Source: an uncultured Spirochaetota bacterium
Lineage (GTDB): Bacteria; Spirochaetota; UBA4802; UBA5550
Assembly (NCBI GenBank): GCA_963827275.1
Contig: CAWHAA010000006.1
Location: 160,001 to 224,000 of the forward strand
DNA length: 64,000 bases
Direction: 5' to 3'
The notes under the pieces are model-generated. The model did not search any database, was not told the origin of the DNA, and saw only the letters and a list, made by a program, of their open reading frames with translations. Shown here one piece after another: positions 1 through 10,890 of the stretch. Position 1 is the stretch's first letter. Every line of letters starts with the position of its first letter. A program made the position numbers and the translations under genes.

Positions 1-197
1 ACAGTGAATTCGTAAAATTCATTATTTTTTGAAAAGGGATCTGTCAGTAAAATCAATATTTTATCATCGTTCGGGCGCTTCTTTGGCGTTCCGGTATATA
101 CCCTGTACTTTTTCTGGGCATCCGCATCCCTGTATCTCTCGACTGCGAATTCCTTGTCCGTTTTTGCGATAAGTCTTTTTATCAGTTTTTCAGTCAT
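1..197 (-). CDS. partial hypothetical protein, runs off the window edge
   Basis: ATG at 197 preceded by GGAG; open frame MTEKLIKRLIAKTDKEFAVERY...LLTDPFSKNNEFYEFT to base 1. Confidence 0.7.
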   Translation of the reverse strand, partial: MTEKLIKRLIAKTDKEFAVERYRDADAQKKYRVYTGTPKKRPNDDKILILLTDPFSKNNEFYEFT

Positions 198-433
198 ATC
201 CGGCTCCTGGACTGTCATTCTGCATATCTGAATTCCACCAGGTGATGTCACATCACCGATCGATTTTTATCTAATTTGCCAAATTCACTTGACTCAACGT
301 CAATTATATACAAAATTGTGCAATAATACCGATGCACGACAGGGTGCGGCGTGTTGCCCGCATGACAATGCTTGCATCAATACAATTTTTATAATGTTAT
401 AATGCCGCTTTTCTTTTAGTAAACAAAATTATC

Positions 434-2674
434 ATGAAAAACAGAAAAAAATACGCCGCAGCGGCCATTATCGCTGCCGTTGCTCTGGTCAATATCGCAG
501 CGACACTACAGCTTTTTTTTAACGTAAGTTTTCCCGAACGCGTTCTGAAGGAACAGGTCTCCGAATATTTTAAAAGCACCCTGGATAAGGCGGTCAAATT
601 CGAGGACCTCCATATTGACTCCTGCGGCAATCTTGTGCTCTCTTATTTCAATGTTTCAATAACGAGCGACTTCAACGACAATATCAGCCTTGTCCGGAGC
701 GCGAAAACAGTAATGAGCCTCGGCCTGCCCGCTCTTTTTACCGGCTCCATCCGCGTCTCGGAGATAGATTTTTATGATGCCGACATCACGCTTATAAAAA
801 AATACGGCAAAAGCCACAAGGAATGCCTGCTGGCGCTGCTGGACCCCGATCGGCTCCTGGCGAAGCTAAGGAAATCCCGCGAGGCGATGCAGGTGCGCCT
901 GCATGGTTCCAGGATTTTTTACCGCGAGTCGTTACGGGAGCGGCAGGTTTCCCTGGAAATGTACCGGGTGGGCGCTGAGCTGGAAATCGGACCTGACATG
1001 GCATCCTATGCGGCGAGGGGTAAAATCAAGCCCTACAGGACCGAGATACTGCGGAAGGGCAGTTTTTCCTGCGGCGGGACGATCGATCTGCGCAAGGGCG
1101 GACCCTGGGAACACAGGGTGGAGGTTGAAAATTTTGACCTTACCTATTTAAATGACTACATCACCGAGTACAAGGTCGCCGGCATTGCCCTCAACGGCGG
1201 TGTTTCCGTCGACATCAGGTTCGGCGAAGCAAAAGGGGCCCTGTCGTCAGCGGGCAGGGTGGAGTCAAATTCCCTGAGCGTCGCATCGATTGAAAAAAAG
1301 TATGACATCATATCCAATGAGAATATGGACCTCGATTTCGACATTACCGTTGACCGCGCGCAGAATAAATATACCGTGCGCAGGTTCAATCTCAGCGATG
1401 ACGTAATTTCACTCGATGCGTCGGGCACGTACGTGCAGAACGATAAAAACGACTCGCTGGCCCTGAATTTCAAGACGAACGAGATTGATCTTGCAGACCT
1501 CTCACAGACGCTGACGCCCCTCAAGGATGTCGAATACGCCGGCACACTCAAATGCGACGGCGCTTTTTTGCTTGATTTCAAAAAGAACACGGCCGCGAAG
1601 ATGCGCGCCGACCTCGTCCTTGACGATTTTACCATTGTAAAAAATGACAGGGGGACTGCCGTGACGCTGGTCGGGGAGACCTCCATGCGTTTCAAGGCGT
1701 CAGGCAGCTCGGCCGGTTTCACCATCAAGGGACGGCCGCTCGATTCCGACATCGAGCTGACAGGGAAGACGAAGGTGGAGCAGTGGGTTCCCCTGAAGTC
1801 GGCATCGATCGTGTCGCTGCGGTCGAAAAAGATGAACATGGAAAATATCCGTCTCGTGCTCCTCTACCTTGCGAACGGCGCGTACGAATCCGCGTATGAC
1901 GATAAGCGCGGCAGCAGGGAAAAATCCCCTTTCCTTCAGCGGCCAATAGGGAAATTTATGAACAACAACACAATTGATTTCACCAGCGAGTACGGCACTG
2001 TTTTCTACGGGAAAAAGGCGGGCCTGCATAACGTGGTGCTGAACGCCCGGCTGACTAATGGTGCGGTGTCGATTGGTGAATTCAGGGCCGAAGGCTATGA
2101 CGCGACCTTCGCGCTGTCAGGGCAGGGATATTTTAACAGTGATCAGCCCTATATCAAGATCGCCGGCAGGGCCGACGGGTTTGACCTTGGCAGATTTTAC
2201 GCCGACAGCGGAATGGGCGGTTCGCTCACCGGCGCGGCGCGCGCGGACTTTTCCTACGAAGTTTCAATTTCCAGGATCGGCGACCTCCTGGACAATGCCA
2301 GGGGGAGCCTGAACCTGCAGATAGGCCCGGGAGAGATGAAAAACACGAAATTCCAGCGTGACCTGGTCGACTTTCTGTCAAAGTCAGGGCATGATCCCTC
2401 GCTGATATCCCTGATAAACTTTCAAAGTATTACGCTTTCAATGACAGAGCTGGGGGAAAATTTCTGGTTCAGCAATGTGGGAATCCGCGGAGACACCCTG
2501 CTTTTCACTATTTCGGGAGACTATCTCTTTGAAGGCGGGATAAGCAGCCGCTTCGCGTTAACCATGAAAACCGACGCCGGTATGGTCGCCATCCCGCTCC
2601 ACCTCCACGGCCCCCTCCTGGCTCCGTGCCTGGACGCGTCCGATAAAAAAGATTCCCCGCGGCTCTGCTTCTAG
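434..2674 (+). CDS. AsmA-like membrane-anchored, beta-rich envelope protein
   Basis: 746 aa; N-terminal hydrophobic anchor; repeated amphipathic beta-strand pattern; AsmA C-terminal-like segment (GSLNLQIGPGEMKN). Confidence 0.6.
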   Translation: MKNRKKYAAAAIIAAVALVNIAATLQLFFNVSFPERVLKEQVSEYFKSTLDKAVKFEDLHIDSCGNLVLSYFNVSITSDFNDNISLVRSAKTVMSLGLPALFTGSIRVSEIDFYDADITLIKKYGKSHKECLLALLDPDRLLAKLRKSREAMQVRLHGSRIFYRESLRERQVSLEMYRVGAELEIGPDMASYAARGKIKPYRTEILRKGSFSCGGTIDLRKGGPWEHRVEVENFDLTYLNDYITEYKVAGIALNGGVSVDIRFGEAKGALSSAGRVESNSLSVASIEKKYDIISNENMDLDFDITVDRAQNKYTVRRFNLSDDVISLDASGTYVQNDKNDSLALNFKTNEIDLADLSQTLTPLKDVEYAGTLKCDGAFLLDFKKNTAAKMRADLVLDDFTIVKNDRGTAVTLVGETSMRFKASGSSAGFTIKGRPLDSDIELTGKTKVEQWVPLKSASIVSLRSKKMNMENIRLVLLYLANGAYESAYDDKRGSREKSPFLQRPIGKFMNNNTIDFTSEYGTVFYGKKAGLHNVVLNARLTNGAVSIGEFRAEGYDATFALSGQGYFNSDQPYIKIAGRADGFDLGRFYADSGMGGSLTGAARADFSYEVSISRIGDLLDNARGSLNLQIGPGEMKNTKFQRDLVDFLSKSGHDPSLISLINFQSITLSMTELGENFWFSNVGIRGDTLLFTISGDYLFEGGISSRFALTMKTDAGMVAIPLHLHGPLLAPCLDASDKKDSPRLCF

Positions 2675-2684
2675 CGTCCCTGCG

Positions 2685-4691
2685 TCACTCCTTCATGTCA
2701 AGAAGCTCGTATATTGTGACCGGTTGCTCCTTGCCCTTGACGCGGATAAGGTCGAGCTCGCGGGCGACGACGTGGTCCTTTACCCCCTCGTAGGTATACT
2801 CGCTGATGATGATGTTCGTGCTGTATATCTTGTTTGTCCCCTCGAGACGCGCGCCGAGATTGACCATGTCGCCGATAAGCGTGTAGTCCATCCGCGACGA
2901 TGAGCCGACGTTGCCCACGATCATGGGGCCCGAATTGATCCCGATGCCGATGTCGATCTGCTCCTTCTTCTCAAGGGCCCACGCGGCGTTCATTTCATGG
3001 AGCCGCGCCATCATCTCGATGGCCGCCCTGCAGGCGAGAATCGGGTGGTCATCCTGCGGGATGGGCGCGCCCCAGAACGCCATGATTTCGTCACCGACAT
3101 ATTTATCGAGCGTACCGTTGTATTTTATCACGATGTCCGTCATTACCTGGAGGTAATAATTCAGATGGACAACGAGTTCCTCCGGCGTCATGCGCTCGGA
3201 CAGGGTGGTAAAGCCGCGGATATCCGAAAAGAGGACCGTGACAATTTTCTTTTCGCCGCCCAGCTTCAGCATCTCCGGGCTTTTCAGAAGCTCGTCGACA
3301 ACGGATTTTGATACGAACTTGGAAAAGGTCTGCCGGATATAGCGTTTCTCCCGCTGCTCGGTGAGAACCCGGTAGGTCAGGATCAGGGTGAACGTGAGGC
3401 TTATCTGTATCACCGGCGTCGAAAAAGCAGGCATGTAGCTGTAAAGGTCGAAGACCGCATAGGCCCCGACCATGTACAGGATGATGGAAACGGCCGTGAT
3501 CAGGAGCGATGCTATGATCGAGATGCGGGGCAGGAGCAGGCCCAGCACCAGGGCGATGCAGAGCAGGATCAGGAGGTTCTGCATGTCGGTTAAGCGGTGC
3601 AGGAAGCTCTGGTTCAGGATCGTGTTGAGGGTGTTGGCGTGGTGCTCGATCCCGTATATGGCGCCGTACGGGGATTGTTTTTCATCAGTGGCGATGCCGG
3701 TGGCGGCATACGCGGCCACGAGGACGATCTTGTCCTTCAGGGACGTGTTGTTTTCTTTGAGCATGTCGCCGTCCCTGTGAAAATAGCTGTAGGGGTAATG
3801 TTCGAAGCTGCCGAACCCTCCGATGAAATTGACGTCCATAAAGCCCCGCTTGTCGATGGGAATGACGATCTCGCCGGCCCTGTTCGGCCTGGCCATCTTC
3901 CCCGCGGGCAGATTTTTAAGCTTGATATGCTTCCCCCATTTGATCTCGACGTCCTTCGGACCTATGCCGTAATACTGCATGACCACCAGAAGGTCGATGT
4001 TCGGGTAGTACCATCCGTTCCATTTTATCAGGAGCGGCATTGTCCTGATGATGTTGTCGGCCCCGGGAAAGATGTTGGCAAAGCCGATGCCCCGGGCGGC
4101 CCGGGAGAGGTCCGGGGTGGGCGGGACCGCTTCCTCGACCATGTGCGGGGTGTTGTCGGAAGGATCGGCCGGGAAGCGTATCCGCTCCATGTACGTGATG
4201 CGCTTGTCCTGGTCGTTGTATTCCTTGTCGACCCTCTGCGTCTCAAACGGGAAGTCGAGAAAGACGTTTCCGGCTTTTTTAATGGCCGCCGCGAGCTTGT
4301 CCTCGTCGTCCTTGTGGTCGAGAAACATGACGTCGAACAGTATGGCGAGGGGCTTGCCGGAGCCCACATAGCTGATGAATTTCGCGTGTATGTCCCAGGG
4401 GAAAGGCCACTGGATGCCCTGGTCGGAGAAATGGCGGATGGTGCGTTCGTCGATGCCGATGATGATGATGTCCTTCCTCGCCCGTTTGTTCGGGAGGCGG
4501 AGCTCGGCGCCCTTCTGGATCACCTGCGACTTTTCGGCCGGATCGCGGAGAAAAAACATGAAGTTGTTCGCCCCCAGCTCCATCCGGTCCAGAATGGTCG
4601 TGAATAACAGTAACACGGCGACGATGGCAAACACCGCGATGGTGAGGAGGAATCCGACGAGATGGTTCTTTTCTAATTTCATGATGGCCAT
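2685..4691 (-). CDS. CHASE2-domain class III adenylate/guanylate cyclase
   Basis: IIIIGIDE..WPFPW..FDVMF and YGIEHHAN CHASE2 motifs; three TM helices; FSDIRGFT, KYVGDEIM and DYTLIGDMVNLGARLE cyclase motifs. Confidence 0.93.
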   Translation of the reverse strand: MAIMKLEKNHLVGFLLTIAVFAIVAVLLLFTTILDRMELGANNFMFFLRDPAEKSQVIQKGAELRLPNKRARKDIIIIGIDERTIRHFSDQGIQWPFPWDIHAKFISYVGSGKPLAILFDVMFLDHKDDEDKLAAAIKKAGNVFLDFPFETQRVDKEYNDQDKRITYMERIRFPADPSDNTPHMVEEAVPPTPDLSRAARGIGFANIFPGADNIIRTMPLLIKWNGWYYPNIDLLVVMQYYGIGPKDVEIKWGKHIKLKNLPAGKMARPNRAGEIVIPIDKRGFMDVNFIGGFGSFEHYPYSYFHRDGDMLKENNTSLKDKIVLVAAYAATGIATDEKQSPYGAIYGIEHHANTLNTILNQSFLHRLTDMQNLLILLCIALVLGLLLPRISIIASLLITAVSIILYMVGAYAVFDLYSYMPAFSTPVIQISLTFTLILTYRVLTEQREKRYIRQTFSKFVSKSVVDELLKSPEMLKLGGEKKIVTVLFSDIRGFTTLSERMTPEELVVHLNYYLQVMTDIVIKYNGTLDKYVGDEIMAFWGAPIPQDDHPILACRAAIEMMARLHEMNAAWALEKKEQIDIGIGINSGPMIVGNVGSSSRMDYTLIGDMVNLGARLEGTNKIYSTNIIISEYTYEGVKDHVVARELDLIRVKGKEQPVTIYELLDMKE

Positions 4692-4960
4692 AGGTACCCC
4701 TGTTCAACAGATGCTGTAACTGTACACTGGCATGAAGTATGATATTTTCAAGTTATTTATTTTGTTGCGTCCGGAAAAATTAGCTGCCCCAGGCTGACGT
4801 AAGATCGTGCGGGGCGCCGGAAACCGGTGACCTTTAAATAGTTGACAAAATCCGGTCTTTCTCGTTTTTTTTAATTCTTCAATCGAACCTGAAAAACATG
4901 CGGTGTGTCAGCGCCCTGCGGGACAACGGCCGCATGAACTATCGCTCACGAGGCAGACCA

Positions 4961-6631
4961 TTGAACCTGAAAACAGAAATCTCACAGATTGTATCCCGCG
5001 CCATAGATTCCGCGGTGAAGGAAGGGGCGTTCGAGGACATGTTCGGCGGGCTTGACCGCAAGGTGGAGTATCCGCGCGACATGAAGTTCGGCGATTACGC
5101 CACGCCCATCGCCCTTGAGTCGGCGAAGCTTTTGAAGAGGTCGCCGATGGATATCGCCGGGAGCCTCGCGCGCCACATGGGGTCTGATCCAAGGATCGCG
5201 AGCGTCGAAGTGGTGAAGCCCGGGTTTATCAACCTGTTCATCGCAACGGGTTTCCTGTATGACAATTTGAGGGAGATCGTACACCAGGGCGCGGAGTACG
5301 GAAGGTCCGGAAAGGAAAAGCCGCGGCGGGTAAACATCGAGTTTGTTTCCGCCAATCCGACCGGGCCCCTCAATATCGTGTCGGCGCGCGCCGCAGCGGT
5401 CGGGGACACGATCGCCAACCTTCTTGAATTTTCCGGCGACAGCGTTGACCGTGAATTCTACGTGAACGATTACGGGAACCAGGTCGTGCTGCTCGGGAGG
5501 TCCGTGCTGGCGCGGATCAGGGAGCAGAGGGGAGAGGCGGTCGAATTTCCCGAAGACGGGTACCACGGCGCATATATTGCCGATATCGCGGCGCGCATCG
5601 CGGAAGAACACGGGCCCGAACTGGACGCCATCACGGACGAGGAGCGCAAGGCCGATTTCCTGGCGCAAAAGGCGATAGAATACAACGTGTCCGGGCAGCG
5701 CAGGGACCTCGAGGAATTCAATGTCCGCTTCAAGACCTGGTTCAGCGAACGGACCCTCCATGAGAAAGGGGCGGTGCAGAAGACGCTGGAGCTGCTCAGG
5801 GCGGGGAACGGGGTCTATGCAGAGGAAGGGAAGACGATGTTCCGGTCGACCGATTATGACGACGACAAGGACCGTGTCCTTGTGAGGGACGACGGACGGC
5901 CGACCTATTTTCTCGCGGATATCGCCTACCACAGGGACAAGATGGAGCGCGGATATGACCTCATCATCGACATATGGGGCCCTGACCACCATGGCCATAT
6001 AACGCGCCTCGTAGGGGCGATGAAGTCCCTCGGGTGCGACGAAAAAAACCTGAACATACTCATTTCGCAGCAGGTAAATCTCCTGATGGAAGGCGAGACG
6101 GTCAAGATGTCCAAGCGCCTCGGCCAGTTTTCCACCATGCGGGACCTGATCGATGAGATCGGCGTCGATGTCGCGCGGTATTTTTTTACCATGCGTTCCC
6201 TTGAAAGCCATCTTGACTTCGACCTGACCCTTGCGAAAAAGGAGAGCTCTGAAAACCCGGTATTTTATCTCCAGTACGCCCATGCGCGGATCTGCTCCCT
6301 CTTCAGGGAGGCGGAGAAGCGGGGAATGAGCTACGATCCCTCCGCCGCATCGATGTCTTATCTCGACAACGAGGAATCCATACTCCTGATGAAGCACCTC
6401 GCGAAGTTTCCCGAGGAGATGGAGGACGCGGCGGAAAAATGCGAGCCGCACCGCGTCGCCACGTACCTGATGAAGGTCGCCCAGGCGTTCCACAAGTTTT
6501 ATACCGAGCATCGTGTCCTGACGGATGATGCGGCAATGAGCGCCGCCTGCCTGCTCCTCTGCGACGCAGTTCGGGTCGTCATGGCGAACGGGCTCCGTTT
6601 GCTCGGGGTCTCGGCCCCCGAGCAGATGTAA
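4961..6631 (+). CDS. argS: arginine--tRNA ligase
   Basis: FGDYAT, PGFIN, EFVSANPTGPL, REFYVNDYGNQ, WGPDHHG, KMSKR, YLQYAHAR, LGVSAPEQM; TTG start at 4961 inferred. Confidence 0.97.
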   Translation: MNLKTEISQIVSRAIDSAVKEGAFEDMFGGLDRKVEYPRDMKFGDYATPIALESAKLLKRSPMDIAGSLARHMGSDPRIASVEVVKPGFINLFIATGFLYDNLREIVHQGAEYGRSGKEKPRRVNIEFVSANPTGPLNIVSARAAAVGDTIANLLEFSGDSVDREFYVNDYGNQVVLLGRSVLARIREQRGEAVEFPEDGYHGAYIADIAARIAEEHGPELDAITDEERKADFLAQKAIEYNVSGQRRDLEEFNVRFKTWFSERTLHEKGAVQKTLELLRAGNGVYAEEGKTMFRSTDYDDDKDRVLVRDDGRPTYFLADIAYHRDKMERGYDLIIDIWGPDHHGHITRLVGAMKSLGCDEKNLNILISQQVNLLMEGETVKMSKRLGQFSTMRDLIDEIGVDVARYFFTMRSLESHLDFDLTLAKKESSENPVFYLQYAHARICSLFREAEKRGMSYDPSAASMSYLDNEESILLMKHLAKFPEEMEDAAEKCEPHRVATYLMKVAQAFHKFYTEHRVLTDDAAMSAACLLLCDAVRVVMANGLRLLGVSAPEQM

Positions 6632-6645
6632 GGTCCGGTGCGCCA

Positions 6646-7920
6646 GTGAAGACCGTTGCCGTTCTTTCAACCGGGAATGAGCTCCTCAACGGCACGACGA
6701 GCGACACAAACGGCGGATATATCTGCGGCCTGCTCTTTCCGCTGTCGGTGCGGGTGCGCCAGCGGATCGTCGCCGGCGACGATCCCGGGACGCTTGCCGC
6801 CGCGCTGCGCTATGCACTCGATGCTTCTGATGTCGTCATCATGACCGGCGGGCTCGGCCCGACGGACGATGACAATACCCTTGCCGCAATCAATGAGCTG
6901 CTCCGGTTGCCCCCGCATGTTGACATGGAATCGCTGAACCGCATGGAAACATATTTCAGGACCATGGGGCTCCAGGTGAACGACAGCGACAGGAAGATGG
7001 TGGAAGTGCCGAAAGGGGCGAGGGTGATCAGGAATGAAAACGGGCTCGCACCCGGCTTTATCATATCCGTTGACGGCCGGATCATCATCGCCTTGCCGGG
7101 CGTGCCGCGGGAGATGGAGCTCATGATGGACCGGTACGTCATGCCATATCTTAAAAAAGAATGCGGGATAAAAGAGCGGGGCGCCGCCTCCTTCAGGGTC
7201 ACCTGCATGAGGGAATCAGAAATCAATGATATGGTGCGGGGTATGCCGATCCCTCTGGGGCAGCTGGAGTGGGGGATGACGGCTAAAAACGGTATAATCA
7301 TGGTCACATTCGCGCAGCTGGGCGGCGATCCCGTTGATCATGACGCCATCATCAGCAGTGCGCGTGAGGCCTTTGGCGGCAGGTTCCTGGACCCTTCATT
7401 CGAAACACCCGAGGAAGAGGTCGTTGCCCTTCTCAGGGAACGGAGATTGACGCTATCGATAGCGGAATCGTGCACCGGGGGACTGGTGTCGAAGCGCATC
7501 ACCGACGTCCCCGGGGCATCTGAGGTTTTTACCGGGTCAATAATCGCATACAGCAACAGCGTCAAGGTGGCGCGCCTCGGGGTTTCAGAGGCCACTCTCG
7601 CGAAGTTCGGCGCCGTCTCGCAGGAGGCCGCTTTGGAGATGGCGTCGGGGATACGCAGGGAGCTCGGAACCGACATGGGAATTTCGACCACCGGCATCGC
7701 GGGACCGGGGGGAGGTTCGGAGGCCAAGCCCGTCGGCACCGTATGGTTCGGCTTCGCCGATGCCGGCGGCGCGCGGGCCTTCAGGCAGCAGATCGGCGGG
7801 GACAGGGAACGGGTGCGGGCATTCGCGTCCCTGGCCGCGATTGAACTGCTGCGCGGTCATCTGAAGAAGGAAGGCGGACGGGAACAGCAGTCCGGGGCCA
7901 TGCGTCCGGGTCCCGCGTGA
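6646..7920 (+). CDS. cinA: CinA family protein (molybdopterin-binding domain plus PncC NMN deamidase)
   Basis: STGNELLNG, MTGGLGPTDDD, LPGVPREM, AESCTGG, TTGIAGPGGG..KPVGTV. Confidence 0.93.
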   Translation: MKTVAVLSTGNELLNGTTSDTNGGYICGLLFPLSVRVRQRIVAGDDPGTLAAALRYALDASDVVIMTGGLGPTDDDNTLAAINELLRLPPHVDMESLNRMETYFRTMGLQVNDSDRKMVEVPKGARVIRNENGLAPGFIISVDGRIIIALPGVPREMELMMDRYVMPYLKKECGIKERGAASFRVTCMRESEINDMVRGMPIPLGQLEWGMTAKNGIIMVTFAQLGGDPVDHDAIISSAREAFGGRFLDPSFETPEEEVVALLRERRLTLSIAESCTGGLVSKRITDVPGASEVFTGSIIAYSNSVKVARLGVSEATLAKFGAVSQEAALEMASGIRRELGTDMGISTTGIAGPGGGSEAKPVGTVWFGFADAGGARAFRQQIGGDRERVRAFASLAAIELLRGHLKKEGGREQQSGAMRPGPA

Positions 7921-10853
7921 AAAAACCGGACCGCCGTGAAACAAAGTTCGCTCGGCTGACACACATGAGAGAAATGATACGCAATACTTATAACCATGGA
8001 CACACGCTGAAAATTACCGCCTGCGTTCTCCTGGCCGTTTTACTCGCACTCAGTTCGCGGCAGGACCTCTTCGCCGCGGGCGATTCGAGGGCCCTCTATG
8101 ACCAGGGAATGGAGGCCTTTTCAAAGGGCAATTACGGATCAGCGGAATTGCTGTTCAGGAAAATCGTGGACTCCGGCGAGCAGGAATATTACGACCGCGC
8201 CTGGTTCTTCATGGCCAGGTCAATCTTCAACAAGAAGAAGTATGAGGCAGCGCTGTTTGAGTTCAAAAGCTTTTTGAACCGGTGCAGGACCGACCATCTC
8301 GCGGTGGAATCGCGGTACTGGATGGGAGAGTGCTATTTCAATATCAGCGACTATCCGAATGCGATAGAGGAATTCCGCCGCTTCATCACGAGGACCGCTG
8401 CGGGGGACCTTGTCCCACGGGCGCATGACCGCATCGCAACAATTTATTTCACGCAAAAGAGGTATGACGAGGCGGTGATCGAATGGGAGGCCGCAAGGGC
8501 AAAGAGCACTGACCGCCAGATGAATGCGACGAGTCAGTACCGGATCGGTGAGGCACTGTTTATGTCCGGGAGGCACGAGGAGGCGATAAAAAACCTGACG
8601 CCCCTCCTGGGGCAGCAGTCGGACCCCGGGAACGACGCCATGACCCGCATGATGCTCGGCAGGATCCATCAGAAAAAGGGCGAGCATGTTAAGGCCCTCC
8701 AGATGTTCAACGCCATCCCTGCCGGGCTGGCGGCGCAGAAGCCGTTCGCGGATTCGCAGTATTTCAAGGCGGTATCAAGCGAAAAATTAAAACAGGCGGC
8801 CCAGGCGCAGGCGCTGCTCGAATCGTTCACGGCGACAGCAAAAGACTCCCGATGGTATTACAACGGGCTCTACCGGCTCGGGGTGCTCCTCCTGCGGGGC
8901 CAGGACCGGGAGCGGGGGATAGGGTTCCTGGAGCAGGTACGGGCCGGGTCAGACAAGGCGTATCTGAGAACAAACGCTTCAATAGTGCTGGGCGATTATT
9001 ACGCTGCGGGGAGCCCGGAAAAGGCGATCCCCTTCCTTGATGAAGCGATTCTGAAAGCCGGGCCCGGCAAAAAAAACCGGCTCATGGTGCTGCTCGGAAA
9101 GACATGCCTCCGGGTCAAAAAATATGACAGGGCGGTTGAAGTGTTCAATCTCTACCTGAAGGAAAACCCGTTCGACGCCAACCGCGACGAGATTAATTTT
9201 TTAAGGGCGCGTGCCTACCTTGAGATGGGCGAGATCTCGAAGGCTGATGAAATATTTGAATCGATTAAAAAGGATAATCCCTTCTCACGTTTCAATTCGG
9301 AATCAAATTACTACCTCGCGCTTGTCCATGAAAAAAAGGGGAATACAGCCAGAGCGATCTCGCTTTTAAAGGAATACGTCGGCCGTAAAAATGTCGAGCA
9401 ATCATACGATGCATACCTCCTGCTCATGCAGATATACCTGGCCGGCAGTGATCTTGACGGCGCGGGCAGGGCTGCTGACATTCTGGCAAAGAATTACCTG
9501 AACCGCAAGGATGTGGAAATAGCGCTCTATCAATATACCACAGCATGCATGAAAAAGGGCAGGGACGCACGCAGGTTCGTAAACATCATCATGAACAGGT
9601 TCGGCACCACCGAGAGCGCGGCTGAACTGAGCTATGATCTGGGCAATGATAATTTCGGGAAAAACAATTTTGCCTACGCCATCATATATTACGACAGGTA
9701 TCTGAAGAGCCTCTACACGAAAAACAGCGGAGGGGCCTACTACAAGAAGATCGTTTCCCTGTACAGGCTCAAGAGATATGAAGAGATAATAACCATCATC
9801 GCCAGGGGACAGTTCCCCTCCATGAACGAGGTTCAATGGAAGGAGATTCCGCTCCTCCATGCGCGGTCGTATTATCACCTGAACAGGTATGACAAGGTAT
9901 ATATGACTCTCGACAAACGCAATGTCCGCGAGTATCCACGGGACGATGTCCTCATGTATGTTCGATGCGCCCTCAGCGTCGGCGACTATCGCTCGGCGAT
10001 CGAGGCCAGCGAGTTCCTTGAATCGGACAGGAATTATCTGGCGGAGTCGTTGTACCTGATAGGGGACCATCTCCTCCGCAAGGAAAAGAAAGAAGAGGCC
10101 GACCTGTATTTCCTGAAGATCATCAATGACTGTCCCGGGACCAGGTTCGTAAGCCACGCAAAATTATCACTGGGAGAGATCGCCCTCAACGCCGGCAGGC
10201 TTCGGGATGCTGCGGATGCCATTTCGGCGGTGGACCCCGCCGGAGACGGGGATGTTCAGAACAGGAAGGATTCCCTCCTGATACTCTGCTATTTCGAAAT
10301 GGGATCAACCGATGCGGCCGTCTCCCATACCGAAGCGCACCTTGGCGGCCTCCTGTCCGGTACATACGGCGAGCAGGTGATGCAGCGCATGCTCTGGTAT
10401 TATTATAAAAAAAAGGATTTACAGCAGTTCGGACGCTATGCTACCTTTCTCAAGCGGTATCCCGGCAACGAGCCGCTTATCGCATGCCTTTCCGGCAGGA
10501 TACAGTTTCACACGGGCAATTACCGCGCATCATACAATTACTTTCTGGCGCTTTCCCGGATGAAGGGCGAGTATGCGAGGGAGTCATGGTATCATCTCGG
10601 GATGTATGCGATGCTGGCGGCGGGGAACCCGGCTGGCGGACTCGACTACTTCACGAAGGTCATTGATGCGCGTGAAGGCAGGGAATCCCTGACGCGGAAG
10701 GCGCTTATACAGTCCGCCATCATATATCATGAAATGAAAAATGATATAAAGGCCAGGGAATGCCTCGAACGCGTCATGTCATCGTCGGGGCAGGGGCTCA
10801 TATACATGCAGGCGCGGAACCTGTATGAAGCATTCGGGTACGGAGTGAAATAA
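7917..10853 (+). CDS. secreted multi-TPR protein
   Basis: Signal-like hydrophobic stretch followed by many TPR-like helices (YWMGECYF...AIEEF); exact start uncertain. Confidence 0.8.
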   Translation: MKKPDRRETKFARLTHMREMIRNTYNHGHTLKITACVLLAVLLALSSRQDLFAAGDSRALYDQGMEAFSKGNYGSAELLFRKIVDSGEQEYYDRAWFFMARSIFNKKKYEAALFEFKSFLNRCRTDHLAVESRYWMGECYFNISDYPNAIEEFRRFITRTAAGDLVPRAHDRIATIYFTQKRYDEAVIEWEAARAKSTDRQMNATSQYRIGEALFMSGRHEEAIKNLTPLLGQQSDPGNDAMTRMMLGRIHQKKGEHVKALQMFNAIPAGLAAQKPFADSQYFKAVSSEKLKQAAQAQALLESFTATAKDSRWYYNGLYRLGVLLLRGQDRERGIGFLEQVRAGSDKAYLRTNASIVLGDYYAAGSPEKAIPFLDEAILKAGPGKKNRLMVLLGKTCLRVKKYDRAVEVFNLYLKENPFDANRDEINFLRARAYLEMGEISKADEIFESIKKDNPFSRFNSESNYYLALVHEKKGNTARAISLLKEYVGRKNVEQSYDAYLLLMQIYLAGSDLDGAGRAADILAKNYLNRKDVEIALYQYTTACMKKGRDARRFVNIIMNRFGTTESAAELSYDLGNDNFGKNNFAYAIIYYDRYLKSLYTKNSGGAYYKKIVSLYRLKRYEEIITIIARGQFPSMNEVQWKEIPLLHARSYYHLNRYDKVYMTLDKRNVREYPRDDVLMYVRCALSVGDYRSAIEASEFLESDRNYLAESLYLIGDHLLRKEKKEEADLYFLKIINDCPGTRFVSHAKLSLGEIALNAGRLRDAADAISAVDPAGDGDVQNRKDSLLILCYFEMGSTDAAVSHTEAHLGGLLSGTYGEQVMQRMLWYYYKKKDLQQFGRYATFLKRYPGNEPLIACLSGRIQFHTGNYRASYNYFLALSRMKGEYARESWYHLGMYAMLAAGNPAGGLDYFTKVIDAREGRESLTRKALIQSAIIYHEMKNDIKARECLERVMSSSGQGLIYMQARNLYEAFGYGVK

Positions 10854-10890
10854 CTCCCCGTCCCGGCATCCAGATTTCAGGAGGAACGTC

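Noticed and set aside
4982..6670. 562-aa ORF antisense to argS, and similar ones opposite the cyclase, Deg protease, DUF2279 and asnS genes
   Set aside because: Shadow frames expected from high-GC codon bias; no motifs, and the sense genes are well supported
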